From the sequence record MW845758.1: a stretch of 64,000 bases of DNA; one strand, written 5' to 3'. Both the position numbers and the translations under genes were made by a program. This document shows, in pieces, positions 15,669 to 23,861 of this stretch (position 1 is the first letter of the stretch; each line of letters begins with the position of its first letter). The notes under the pieces were generated by a model that did no database searches, was not told the origin of the DNA, and was given only the letters and a program-made list of their open reading frames with translations.

Positions 15669-17438
15669 GTGTTTAAAGATGCCATTAAACGGCTCAAGGA
15701 GAAAGGGAAGATTGTCCCGTTCAACCGTGCAATAGCCGAAGGTGTAGGTTACACCCAAGCGAAGGACGGGATACATGAACGTGTCAATACCATTCTTCGT
15801 CGGGAGCTGACCCACGATCGAGATTCGAATCCTCGATTGCCTGAAGGGTTGGCGTATGTTGGTTATCGCTTTATGTCGCCATTTGAATCTTTTATCTTTA
15901 AGGTTAGCCGGCAAGACAGTCGCAGTGGGCGTGGTAAGGCACCAATTCCTATTGCAGAAACCGATACGTACATGATCGGTACCCGTTTTCGTATTCCGGG
16001 TGAAAGTAAAGTTCTGACCCGACCGATGTATTTACCGTTCATTCGTCGTGGGGGACTGATGAACTATTGGGGTACCAGTTATCACGTGGCACCGGTGATT
16101 CACCAACCGGGGATCTGCCAAGAACACAACGGCCTGTTTGTAAACTTCGACTTTACGCGTAAGGTCTCATTGAAGTTTGCGAAGCACCCAGTGAAGATAC
16201 TGGTGAACGGACGCAAGGAAGAGTTGTATATTCCGGGTACCTCGAATCTGTATACACCGAAGAATCCAACCGGTCACGACGCGGATGAGAAGCCCCTCGT
16301 GTATTGGCTGTTCGGCAAGTACGGGTTCAGTGAAGCAATCAAACGTTATACCGGTGTGGATGTGGAGATCATCCCAGCTTATAAAGTTCCGGAAATCGAT
16401 TTAGATGAGAACGTCATTATCTCATCAGGGGCAGACCCGCGTGTATCTCGTACGATACAATACGCGTTGAAGCTTCCGCTGTCGGCTTTCCCGAACATGG
16501 ATAAGCCCCGGTGGGAACAAGACGAGCATGCGTTGCTGGTGATGTGTGGGGCCTTCTTTAAAGCAGCACACTACTACGCCAGTAAACAGAATAGTCGTAG
16601 TGGTTTGAGTCAGCTCACCCCACTATTCACCAAGCTCGATGAGTTCTCGCAAGAGGAGGATGTGGCGAACCTGAACTCGGCGGAGATCTGGAAAGAGATT
16701 CTCGGTCGTAGTATCATGGGCACCAAAACCTCGGATGTGGAATTACACCGTAGCATGACCACGCACTTTGTTGAGTGTGGCCGCTATGTGAATGACACCT
16801 TCCGTGGTGAGTTGATGGTTTCAGACCCGGACATCGATCCGGAAATGGACATGTTCGACTTCCTCTGCTATTCCACCAAGTTGATGATTCGTACACGACT
16901 GACACGCCAAGAAGACATCCCGTCGATGTTTGGCAAACGTCTGACCGTGGTCGACTATCTGCTGCTCGGTGCTCAGGGCTTCACCAGCACGGTGTCGCGT
17001 ATCCGTTGGAAACTGGAAGGGTTGGATGATAAATCCCCTGAGAGTTGCGGTACCACGGTGAAAGGGCATCTGAACAAAGATATCAACCACAACCTCGTGA
17101 CGCGTAGCATCACCAGTAACGGAGCCATCAGCTTCTTTAACGCATCCACCGAGTCCATGGTGCTGGCAGTCTCCACGCATGCTATCTCCCAGACCGAAAC
17201 GGATAACAAGAAGAAGAAAGGTGGTAAAACAGTTAACCTTAACGATCGTACCAAACACGCCAGCGCATCGCATGCTGTGTGCGGGAACATCTATTACATT
17301 CCGAAGTCCAGCCCGTATAAGTACGGGATTCTGAGCCAGTACATGCAGTCTTCACGTAACCTCGTGATGACATCCAATCCGAAACTCGAAACCACCGTCC
17401 GCGAAACGCAAGACGACATCTCGAAGATTGGTCGATAA
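15669..17438 (+). CDS. Non-virion RNA polymerase subunit, beta N-terminal-like (phiKZ gp123-type)
   Basis: RPMYLPFIRRGGLMNYWGTSYHVAPV, GKRLTVVDYLL and HASASHAVCGNI resemble RpoB N-terminal motifs; synteny with the capsid gene. Confidence 0.75.
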   Translation: MFKDAIKRLKEKGKIVPFNRAIAEGVGYTQAKDGIHERVNTILRRELTHDRDSNPRLPEGLAYVGYRFMSPFESFIFKVSRQDSRSGRGKAPIPIAETDTYMIGTRFRIPGESKVLTRPMYLPFIRRGGLMNYWGTSYHVAPVIHQPGICQEHNGLFVNFDFTRKVSLKFAKHPVKILVNGRKEELYIPGTSNLYTPKNPTGHDADEKPLVYWLFGKYGFSEAIKRYTGVDVEIIPAYKVPEIDLDENVIISSGADPRVSRTIQYALKLPLSAFPNMDKPRWEQDEHALLVMCGAFFKAAHYYASKQNSRSGLSQLTPLFTKLDEFSQEEDVANLNSAEIWKEILGRSIMGTKTSDVELHRSMTTHFVECGRYVNDTFRGELMVSDPDIDPEMDMFDFLCYSTKLMIRTRLTRQEDIPSMFGKRLTVVDYLLLGAQGFTSTVSRIRWKLEGLDDKSPESCGTTVKGHLNKDINHNLVTRSITSNGAISFFNASTESMVLAVSTHAISQTETDNKKKKGGKTVNLNDRTKHASASHAVCGNIYYIPKSSPYKYGILSQYMQSSRNLVMTSNPKLETTVRETQDDISKIGR

Positions 17439-17473
17439 CAATTTTAAATAAATACCTGTAAGGAGTAACAACG

Positions 17474-19057
17474 ATGTCCGTAACTATTGAACAAGTAAAG
17501 GGTGTTTTACAGACCGCACGTAACAGCGATCAGACGCTGGCGCAGTTGATTGATGCTTCCAATAAGTTGGGCGTGTCAATGAATGATGCAGCGAAAGTGG
17601 GTGCAGCAATTGCGAACATCGCAATCGCGAAAGGGGTGGGTAACGATGCAGCAGCGAATTCGCTGGTTGATGCGTTTAAGGCAGCTCTGTATCAGGGTCT
17701 GGTACAGAAAGGACAACGTCTGCCGGACAACATGCATAATGCGTTGACGCAAAACTTCCAAGCAGCTGTGGCGATGATCAAACAACAGCAGGGTGCACAG
17801 TCTGGTGGTTCGATTCTGGGTGGTGGTAGCGGTAACGCTGGCGGTGGTAGCATCTCACTGGCCTTAGCCGGTGGCGGTGGTATTCCGTTAACGGTAGAAC
17901 CGGTTACTACTGCGCCAGCACCGTCTGCCAGTCTGAGTGTTCTGACCGCGGGTGTTGCTGTAGAACCAGCAGCGACATTAACGGCAGCGACAGTAGCACC
18001 GACCGCTCCAGCGCAGACACTGGTGTTTGAAGACACGCAAAACAACCCACAAATCGCTTCTCTGTCAGGTGACAACAGCGATAACCTCAACGATAGCCTT
18101 TTTGACCTGATGGATGGTGACATGGAAACTTATGCAGCGCATGAATTGGAAGTGAAACTGGAGCGTGTCTCCAAGACCGCAAAACAAGCTAACAATGACG
18201 TGAAGCTTTTCTCTGAAGGCGGTAACTGGCGTGAAGAGCTGTCAGCGATCACCACCCGTGAAGCCGGTGCAGTGTATTTCAACGATGCGGACATTCTGGT
18301 GCGTATTGATGAAGACCTGCGTACGTACTACGTGGGCCACGATGAAAGCGACAAAGATATTATCCGTAGCTTCTTCGAAACGCACCGCGTGCAGATGGAT
18401 GGTCTGGCTAAAGCGCAGGAAATTACTGACGTTGAGAAGTTGATCGCGCTGGTATCTGGCACGGTGGCGAAACTGCGTAAGAATGCAGTCGACCTGTTCT
18501 CCAAAGTGAATGCCGGTGATTTCTCAACGGTTACTACCGCGAGCGAAACCCGTCGTTTCATCAACAGCTATCTGTACCTGCTGGATATTCATGTGCACAA
18601 TGCGCTGTCTATCATGACCGTTGGCGGTACCGTTATCCCAACGGGTCGTCGTGTATCACTGGAACGTAAAGCAGAAGATCTGGAATACTTCACCACGAAC
18701 GTATTCCAATCCACTGTTGGTGAGAACGGCGAGAGCACCGAAGAAGATTGGTTCCGTGAGCTGCTGGAAATGGTAGCAGTATCGCTGGGCAAACATCTGG
18801 TGCGTATGGAAGATGGCGGTACCATGCTGATTCTGTCTCACACGCTGGCAACAGTGGTGATTCCGGGTACGTACGGTGCAGTTGATAAAGAACACGTCAT
18901 CGGTACGCACACACTGAGCGCAACGTCTGACGCAGTTACTGAAATCTTCGAAGAGCTGTACAAGCACAAGCCTAACATGAATGTGATTCTGGAAACACCA
19001 ACCGGTAAACATTTGCTGTTGAGCTGTGGTGGTGTTGGCGCAGCCATTCGCTACTAA
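17474..19057 (+). CDS. Conserved, highly expressed hypothetical protein (527 aa)
   Basis: CTGTAAGGAG RBS; strong codon bias; Gly/Ala/Pro/Thr linker between two domains. Confidence 0.8.
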   Translation: MSVTIEQVKGVLQTARNSDQTLAQLIDASNKLGVSMNDAAKVGAAIANIAIAKGVGNDAAANSLVDAFKAALYQGLVQKGQRLPDNMHNALTQNFQAAVAMIKQQQGAQSGGSILGGGSGNAGGGSISLALAGGGGIPLTVEPVTTAPAPSASLSVLTAGVAVEPAATLTAATVAPTAPAQTLVFEDTQNNPQIASLSGDNSDNLNDSLFDLMDGDMETYAAHELEVKLERVSKTAKQANNDVKLFSEGGNWREELSAITTREAGAVYFNDADILVRIDEDLRTYYVGHDESDKDIIRSFFETHRVQMDGLAKAQEITDVEKLIALVSGTVAKLRKNAVDLFSKVNAGDFSTVTTASETRRFINSYLYLLDIHVHNALSIMTVGGTVIPTGRRVSLERKAEDLEYFTTNVFQSTVGENGESTEEDWFRELLEMVAVSLGKHLVRMEDGGTMLILSHTLATVVIPGTYGAVDKEHVIGTHTLSATSDAVTEIFEELYKHKPNMNVILETPTGKHLLLSCGGVGAAIRY

Positions 19058-19065
19058 GTTAACTA

Positions 19066-19095
19066 GGGAACCTTCGGGTTCCCTTTTCTTTTATT
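19066..19095 (+). terminator. Intrinsic terminator
   Basis: GGGAACC-TTCG-GGTTCCC followed by a T tract. Confidence 0.85.
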
Positions 19096-19117
19096 AAAAA
19101 TTGTAAGGAGTAATAGC

Positions 19118-19522
19118 ATGAAAAACGAATTGATCAATCTGGGTGAGTTGCAACTTCACGATGAAATGAACGGCGGTTCCCGTACCGCAATGATTCCAGA
19201 CGAAGTCCTTCTTAAAACGCTGGCGATCGACACCACGGGCGATACTGAGAAAGTACGACGTTTCGTCGAAGAGCTTGCTGAAGAAGGTAAGCTGATGACT
19301 GAAGGTGATGTGACCGCACTCGTTGAAAAAGCGCGTGATGCATTACAACAACCTACAGGCCGCATGACTATCGATAGCCTCGGTCACCTCGATACACGCC
19401 CCGCCAGTGTCTACTTAACCCCTTCACCGACGTACAAAGAACGTCGTGCTGAGAAAGCCCGTAAGAAACGCGAAGCCAAGTTCAAGCGTAGCCAATATGC
19501 GCGCGAGATGGGCATGCTGTGA
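19118..19522 (+). CDS. Hypothetical protein with a basic C-terminal helix
   Basis: TGTAAGGAGTAAT RBS. Confidence 0.8.
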   Translation: MKNELINLGELQLHDEMNGGSRTAMIPDEVLLKTLAIDTTGDTEKVRRFVEELAEEGKLMTEGDVTALVEKARDALQQPTGRMTIDSLGHLDTRPASVYLTPSPTYKERRAEKARKKREAKFKRSQYAREMGML

Positions 19523-19848
19523 ACGGGTTGTCGGTTCCTGAGCTAATAGGCGCTTGTGTGGTTGCGTGGATAGTCTCGGCAATCCTCAACGCTATCTTCC
19601 AACTTGCTTTCATCTTCTACGAACTTAACTTTCGCATCAAACGCGGACGCACACTCGCTACCGCGTTGCGTAAGCAGTGTGTTGAAGGACTGCATAACCG
19701 TCCTTGGGATTGTTGGGATGAGTGGGAAGTTGAGGAAGACCGGTACAATTCAGAAGTCGCTCGCGCATTCCGCCGTATAGGTGAGCTCACCGGCATGGAT
19801 TGGGCTCAAGAACAATTTCGATGGTTTAGAAGTAAGGGAGGTTTATAG
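19519..19848 (+). CDS. Small membrane protein
   Basis: GTGA overlap with the previous stop; N-terminal hydrophobic helix. Confidence 0.7.
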   Translation: MNGLSVPELIGACVVAWIVSAILNAIFQLAFIFYELNFRIKRGRTLATALRKQCVEGLHNRPWDCWDEWEVEEDRYNSEVARAFRRIGELTGMDWAQEQFRWFRSKGGL

Positions 19849-19979
19849 TGGACCCGGTAGCTAAATGGTTTTTACTCGGTTGGTGTGGATTGGTCGTCGT
19901 CGCAGGCTGCTTCTGGATCTGGCAGGAGTGTGGTTGGTGGAAACGCATGGACAGACTCATGAAGGGTGATAAGAAATGA
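19848..19979 (+). CDS. Small membrane peptide (43 aa), not in the ORF track
   Basis: GGAGG RBS, GTG start, MDPVAKWFLLGWCGLVVVAGCFWIWQECGWWKRMDRLMKGDKK; overlaps both neighbours. Confidence 0.65.
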   Translation: MDPVAKWFLLGWCGLVVVAGCFWIWQECGWWKRMDRLMKGDKK

Positions 19980-20416
19980 CAAATGAACACGAAGCGCAAG
20001 AAACCGCAATCTCTAGGATGCTTCGCAAACTACCGACAGACGCACTTCTCGATTGCTATCCGGTCGGGGATTTCTTAGTCATTAATGGGCATGTAACTGT
20101 GCGTGGCTGGTTAGAGGCAGCTGCCGACGACCTTACCGTGGAACAGATTGTGTGTCTCTTCGCCACTCACCGCACGCCTGACCCTGTGGAATTGGCATAC
20201 CCGCATGTAACCACAGTCTTAGGTAAGTCTGAGTCACAGGAACGATTGAAGCAGCTTTTCTTTGATAGCGTGAAGTGGAGGTTGAAAGAAAAGCTCCCAC
20301 ACTCATCTATCCCACGACTCGGCCCGCCAATGACCACAGATGAGTTAAAAGAAGCTATCCGTGAAACGGGCGTAGGGGCCGACCTAAACTTTGTTGACAG
20401 GTGGACGAAGAAATGA
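19976..20416 (+). CDS. Hypothetical protein
   Basis: ATGA overlap with the previous stop. Confidence 0.7.
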   Translation: MTNEHEAQETAISRMLRKLPTDALLDCYPVGDFLVINGHVTVRGWLEAAADDLTVEQIVCLFATHRTPDPVELAYPHVTTVLGKSESQERLKQLFFDSVKWRLKEKLPHSSIPRLGPPMTTDELKEAIRETGVGADLNFVDRWTKK

Positions 20417-20667
20417 AACGACCACAATGGCGCGGTAAACGTCACGCGTATCTGAAGTTCCAACGCAAGTATGGTTTGCACACCAGTAAGAAGTATCTGT
20501 CGTCCCCTTTTATTGTTCGGGGTAAACATCGCGGCCCACCGGTGGTCGACCCATCCGTGATTCACGTCGTCGAAACCAGCGCAACTTATTTGTTCCAAGA
20601 GGCCGATTGCCAACTTCGTGTTAAGAAAATAGGACACCTCAATGAGAAAGGTTCAGTGCCGTGGTAA
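20413..20667 (+). CDS. Small basic hypothetical protein
   Basis: ATGA overlap gives a start at 20413. Confidence 0.6.
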   Translation: MKRPQWRGKRHAYLKFQRKYGLHTSKKYLSSPFIVRGKHRGPPVVDPSVIHVVETSATYLFQEADCQLRVKKIGHLNEKGSVPW

Positions 20668-21019
20668 AGGGCAGCAGATAGCATGGCTGGATAGACGTAA
20701 TCTGGCACGCGATTCAGCACAGTGGCACAAACTCGTTTATGATGAAGCAGACCGACAAACACGACACATCGGTGCTTCGAAGGTACGTCGTCGTAACAGC
20801 GATTTTATTGAAATCAATGTATCGATAACAGACCTTAGCGGAGTCATGTCCGACCACCATATTTGTGATGGCGACGTGACGGATGAAATACTGTCTAAAG
20901 CACACGACCAAATGATCGAAGCGTTCGCACTCTCCCCAGAACAAATGGAAGAGCAAGAACAACCCACAATTGGTGAGATGAAAGAACGTCTTAACCGGGT
21001 TGGTTTCGATTTCAAATAA
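20642..21019 (+). CDS. Hypothetical protein
   Basis: AGGA RBS; ends at a convergent terminator. Confidence 0.65.
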   Translation: MRKVQCRGKGQQIAWLDRRNLARDSAQWHKLVYDEADRQTRHIGASKVRRRNSDFIEINVSITDLSGVMSDHHICDGDVTDEILSKAHDQMIEAFALSPEQMEEQEQPTIGEMKERLNRVGFDFK

Positions 21020-21072
21020 AATAAAGTAACCCACCCCTAGGGGTGGGTACTTGCCACTACTTCTTTTTTTTT
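21014..21072. terminator. Bidirectional terminator between convergent genes
   Basis: A-rich tract, ACCCACCC-CTAG-GGGTGGGT hairpin, then a T tract. Confidence 0.65.
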
Positions 21073-21074
21073 GT

Positions 21075-23849
21075 TTACACAGCTGGCGGTACTACGCTGC
21101 TGTCGTCGTTCTCAGCATTCGGAGGCGTTGCCCCACCGGTGTCATCGGCAGAGTTATCGTCTTCGTTGGTTTCTGTAGACTCTTCTTCACTGGTGCTATC
21201 GCCCAAGTCTTCATCACCCATATCGAAGTCGTCCTCATCCCCACCATCAGAGAAGAGGTCATCTCCACCACCGCTGTCATCATCGTCCCCACCAAACTGC
21301 GAACTGCCGATACCGGCACCTGCGTTATCCGGGTCACCCGATTGTTTAGCCACGGTGTCCAGTTTCCCTTTCACACGACCAGCCAACTGCATCAACATCT
21401 TCGTTGCAGACTGCTCTTCATCCGAGATGGTTTTGATGATGTCTTGACGACGCTCATCATCGTACACCAAGTCAAAGAACTCATTCTCAATCCCCTGCTG
21501 ACGCAACCACTGACGGGCGTAGAACGATTTGACCATGTTCTTGATGTCGCCTGCATCCATTGCGATACCGGCGTTGTTCATCGCGTTCACACGGTCATCG
21601 GTCACGACCAAGTCAGCCAGTTTATCCCAGAACTCACTACGCTTGTCGAACAAGTCCATCTGCGAAGAAGCTGCAGAGGTATCCGGAGGCGGAAGGCGGG
21701 TTTGCATCCCATTAATAAAGGCACGCATGTATTCGTTAATCTTCTTAACGATAGCCCCGCCATCTTTATCCTGTTCGATGTCAGACACGTAGTTGGCGAT
21801 GGTTTCAATCATTCTTGCTTGCAAACGCGGGGAAGACTGCATGCCGTTGGTTACATAACGGTTCAGTGGCTTCTCGAGTTTCTCTTGTTTCTTCACAATC
21901 TGCTGCGTCACCAGAAGTGACTTAGAGTAAATCTGTGAAGCGAACTCAAGGTTCTCAGGCGTTAACACCAAGTCTGGATCGACACCGGCCAAGTGACAGG
22001 TACGGCGCAGAAGCTCTTGGTCGAAGTCCATGTCCGGAGCTTTATAATCCGGCGTGGTATCCGACACGGAGACTTTGTGCGAGGAGTAGTGGTCGTTCCC
22101 TTCCACGTTAAACGCAATACCGGAGTTGGTTGCCATTGACCAAACATCGGTCATGTTCCCCCACATCGGCATTCTGCGGTTAGTACCGTTCAGGATATCG
22201 GACTTGATACGGTCAACTGCTTCTTTACCATTCATCGCGTCCGGTGACAGGGTAATGTCGTACTGCAAGTGACGGGCAGAGTTCAGTACCGCAGCATTCA
22301 TCCCTGCGAACAGCAATGCCATACGGATGGTCGAGATAACGAATGAGCGTTCAGTGATAGACACACCAATACCGTTGTCATCGAAGTCCGTAGCGAAGTA
22401 ACACAAGTTCTCAGCCGGGATGTACACAACCTGCGTGTAACGTTTAGCCAAGTGACGCGTCAAGATAACGCGACCAAACATCTCAGTCACGCCAATATCG
22501 AGTTCTACGCCACCCAGAGCAGGCGACAGCGCTTCAGCCAACTGACCTTCTGCTAATTCACCAAAACGCGAGGTGAGGCGATTAGAGATGTCTGGTGTCA
22601 CTAACTGACCGTTACCCATGCCAAGGTTAGCACGGTTAATGATAGAGTCTGTAGCCCCATCATTATTCAGGTAATTCATGAAGTTAGCATCACCGTAAAG
22701 TGATGACTTTTCATTGATGAAATTACCGAGTTCATCCACGATGGTCAGATAACCGATTGGGTTGTCGATATCACCGGCGATGATTACTGGCAGTGTAGAA
22801 GCTGCTGGCAACTCACGCTCAATAAACTCAAGCTTGTTATCGTCAGACAGTGAGATACGCGGTACTTCAGCGTAGTGCATCTGCTCAGGTGTTTTGTGGT
22901 AGGCTTCGTTGAGGTCACCGAGGTTAAGCCACTTCTGGTCTTTCTCGGTTGCGTCTTTGAACCCGTCTGCGTTGAACTGACCGTTCTCTACGGTGTTCAA
23001 GCCCCCATGGACCTGTTCATATGCAGTCTGCTCTAACTGCCCGTACAGGCCGCTGCGCGCGTCTTCACGTGCCACACGTTGGATAGCTTCCTGTGCTAAC
23101 AGAATGCGCTCGTTATCGGTAATTCCGATTTCGATGGTACTGCGCTCACCTTTGATGTCGTTGTCTTTAAGACCCAGTCCGGTGAAGATAGGTTTCAGGT
23201 CGATGGTGATTTTCTGTGGGCCAGCCGGTTTGTTATTACGGCGACTCAACACACTCTCCAGACCGACTTTGGCTTCACCTTCAGGTTTCAGGCTACCGAT
23301 GTGGCCTTGCTGAGCCTCGAAGAACTTTTTGAACTTGTCAGTCTGCTTCGCGGACTCGGTACCCACTTTCGCGTCGGTACCTTTCAAGTTAAAGAGTTCA
23401 TCAAAACCTGCATCAGAGATAAACATCACCGGGGTTGCACCTTGCGCACGGTAGGCACGGTACAGCCAGTCGTAAAGCTTCTTCGGCAGCTTACGTTCTT
23501 CATCGTTGAAGTGACGCACATGCTCAATCAGTTCCGCACGCAAGTCGAGCGGGATGTCGGCAATGTTGTCGTAGATGATGGTGGTGTTAATCAAGTCTTT
23601 GGTGGAGAGTACCGAGGTCGTCGCAATCGTGACGATGGTTTCTAACTCCGGTAACGCCTGAAAGATTTGATTTGAATTACGAATACTACGGAGACGCGAA
23701 CTCGCGAGTCCCGTGAGTTCAGCACGGGTAGGCGTTGTGCCGCCCTCTTCACGCTTACCGCGTTGCTGTCCCTGCGAGGGGGCAGTCGTTTTACGCAGTA
23801 ATGCGTCAACGGCAGGGTCGCGCACCCTTAACTCTTTATTATCGTCCAT
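21075..23849 (-). CDS. Portal protein precursor (phiKZ gp129-type)
   Basis: About 924 aa from the ATG at 23849 with a GGAG RBS; G-T-E and G-L-E protease motifs in the N-terminal region; acidic C-terminal tail; divergent arrangement typical of phiKZ-like phages. Confidence 0.75.
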   Translation of the reverse strand: MDDNKELRVRDPAVDALLRKTTAPSQGQQRGKREEGGTTPTRAELTGLASSRLRSIRNSNQIFQALPELETIVTIATTSVLSTKDLINTTIIYDNIADIPLDLRAELIEHVRHFNDEERKLPKKLYDWLYRAYRAQGATPVMFISDAGFDELFNLKGTDAKVGTESAKQTDKFKKFFEAQQGHIGSLKPEGEAKVGLESVLSRRNNKPAGPQKITIDLKPIFTGLGLKDNDIKGERSTIEIGITDNERILLAQEAIQRVAREDARSGLYGQLEQTAYEQVHGGLNTVENGQFNADGFKDATEKDQKWLNLGDLNEAYHKTPEQMHYAEVPRISLSDDNKLEFIERELPAASTLPVIIAGDIDNPIGYLTIVDELGNFINEKSSLYGDANFMNYLNNDGATDSIINRANLGMGNGQLVTPDISNRLTSRFGELAEGQLAEALSPALGGVELDIGVTEMFGRVILTRHLAKRYTQVVYIPAENLCYFATDFDDNGIGVSITERSFVISTIRMALLFAGMNAAVLNSARHLQYDITLSPDAMNGKEAVDRIKSDILNGTNRRMPMWGNMTDVWSMATNSGIAFNVEGNDHYSSHKVSVSDTTPDYKAPDMDFDQELLRRTCHLAGVDPDLVLTPENLEFASQIYSKSLLVTQQIVKKQEKLEKPLNRYVTNGMQSSPRLQARMIETIANYVSDIEQDKDGGAIVKKINEYMRAFINGMQTRLPPPDTSAASSQMDLFDKRSEFWDKLADLVVTDDRVNAMNNAGIAMDAGDIKNMVKSFYARQWLRQQGIENEFFDLVYDDERRQDIIKTISDEEQSATKMLMQLAGRVKGKLDTVAKQSGDPDNAGAGIGSSQFGGDDDDSGGGDDLFSDGGDEDDFDMGDEDLGDSTSEEESTETNEDDNSADDTGGATPPNAENDDSSVVPPAV

Positions 23850-23861
23850 CGGGGTCTCCGG

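Noticed and set aside
21051-21920. 289-aa and 134-aa plus-strand ORFs
   Set aside because: They are antisense shadows of the portal C-terminus and start inside a terminator T tract.
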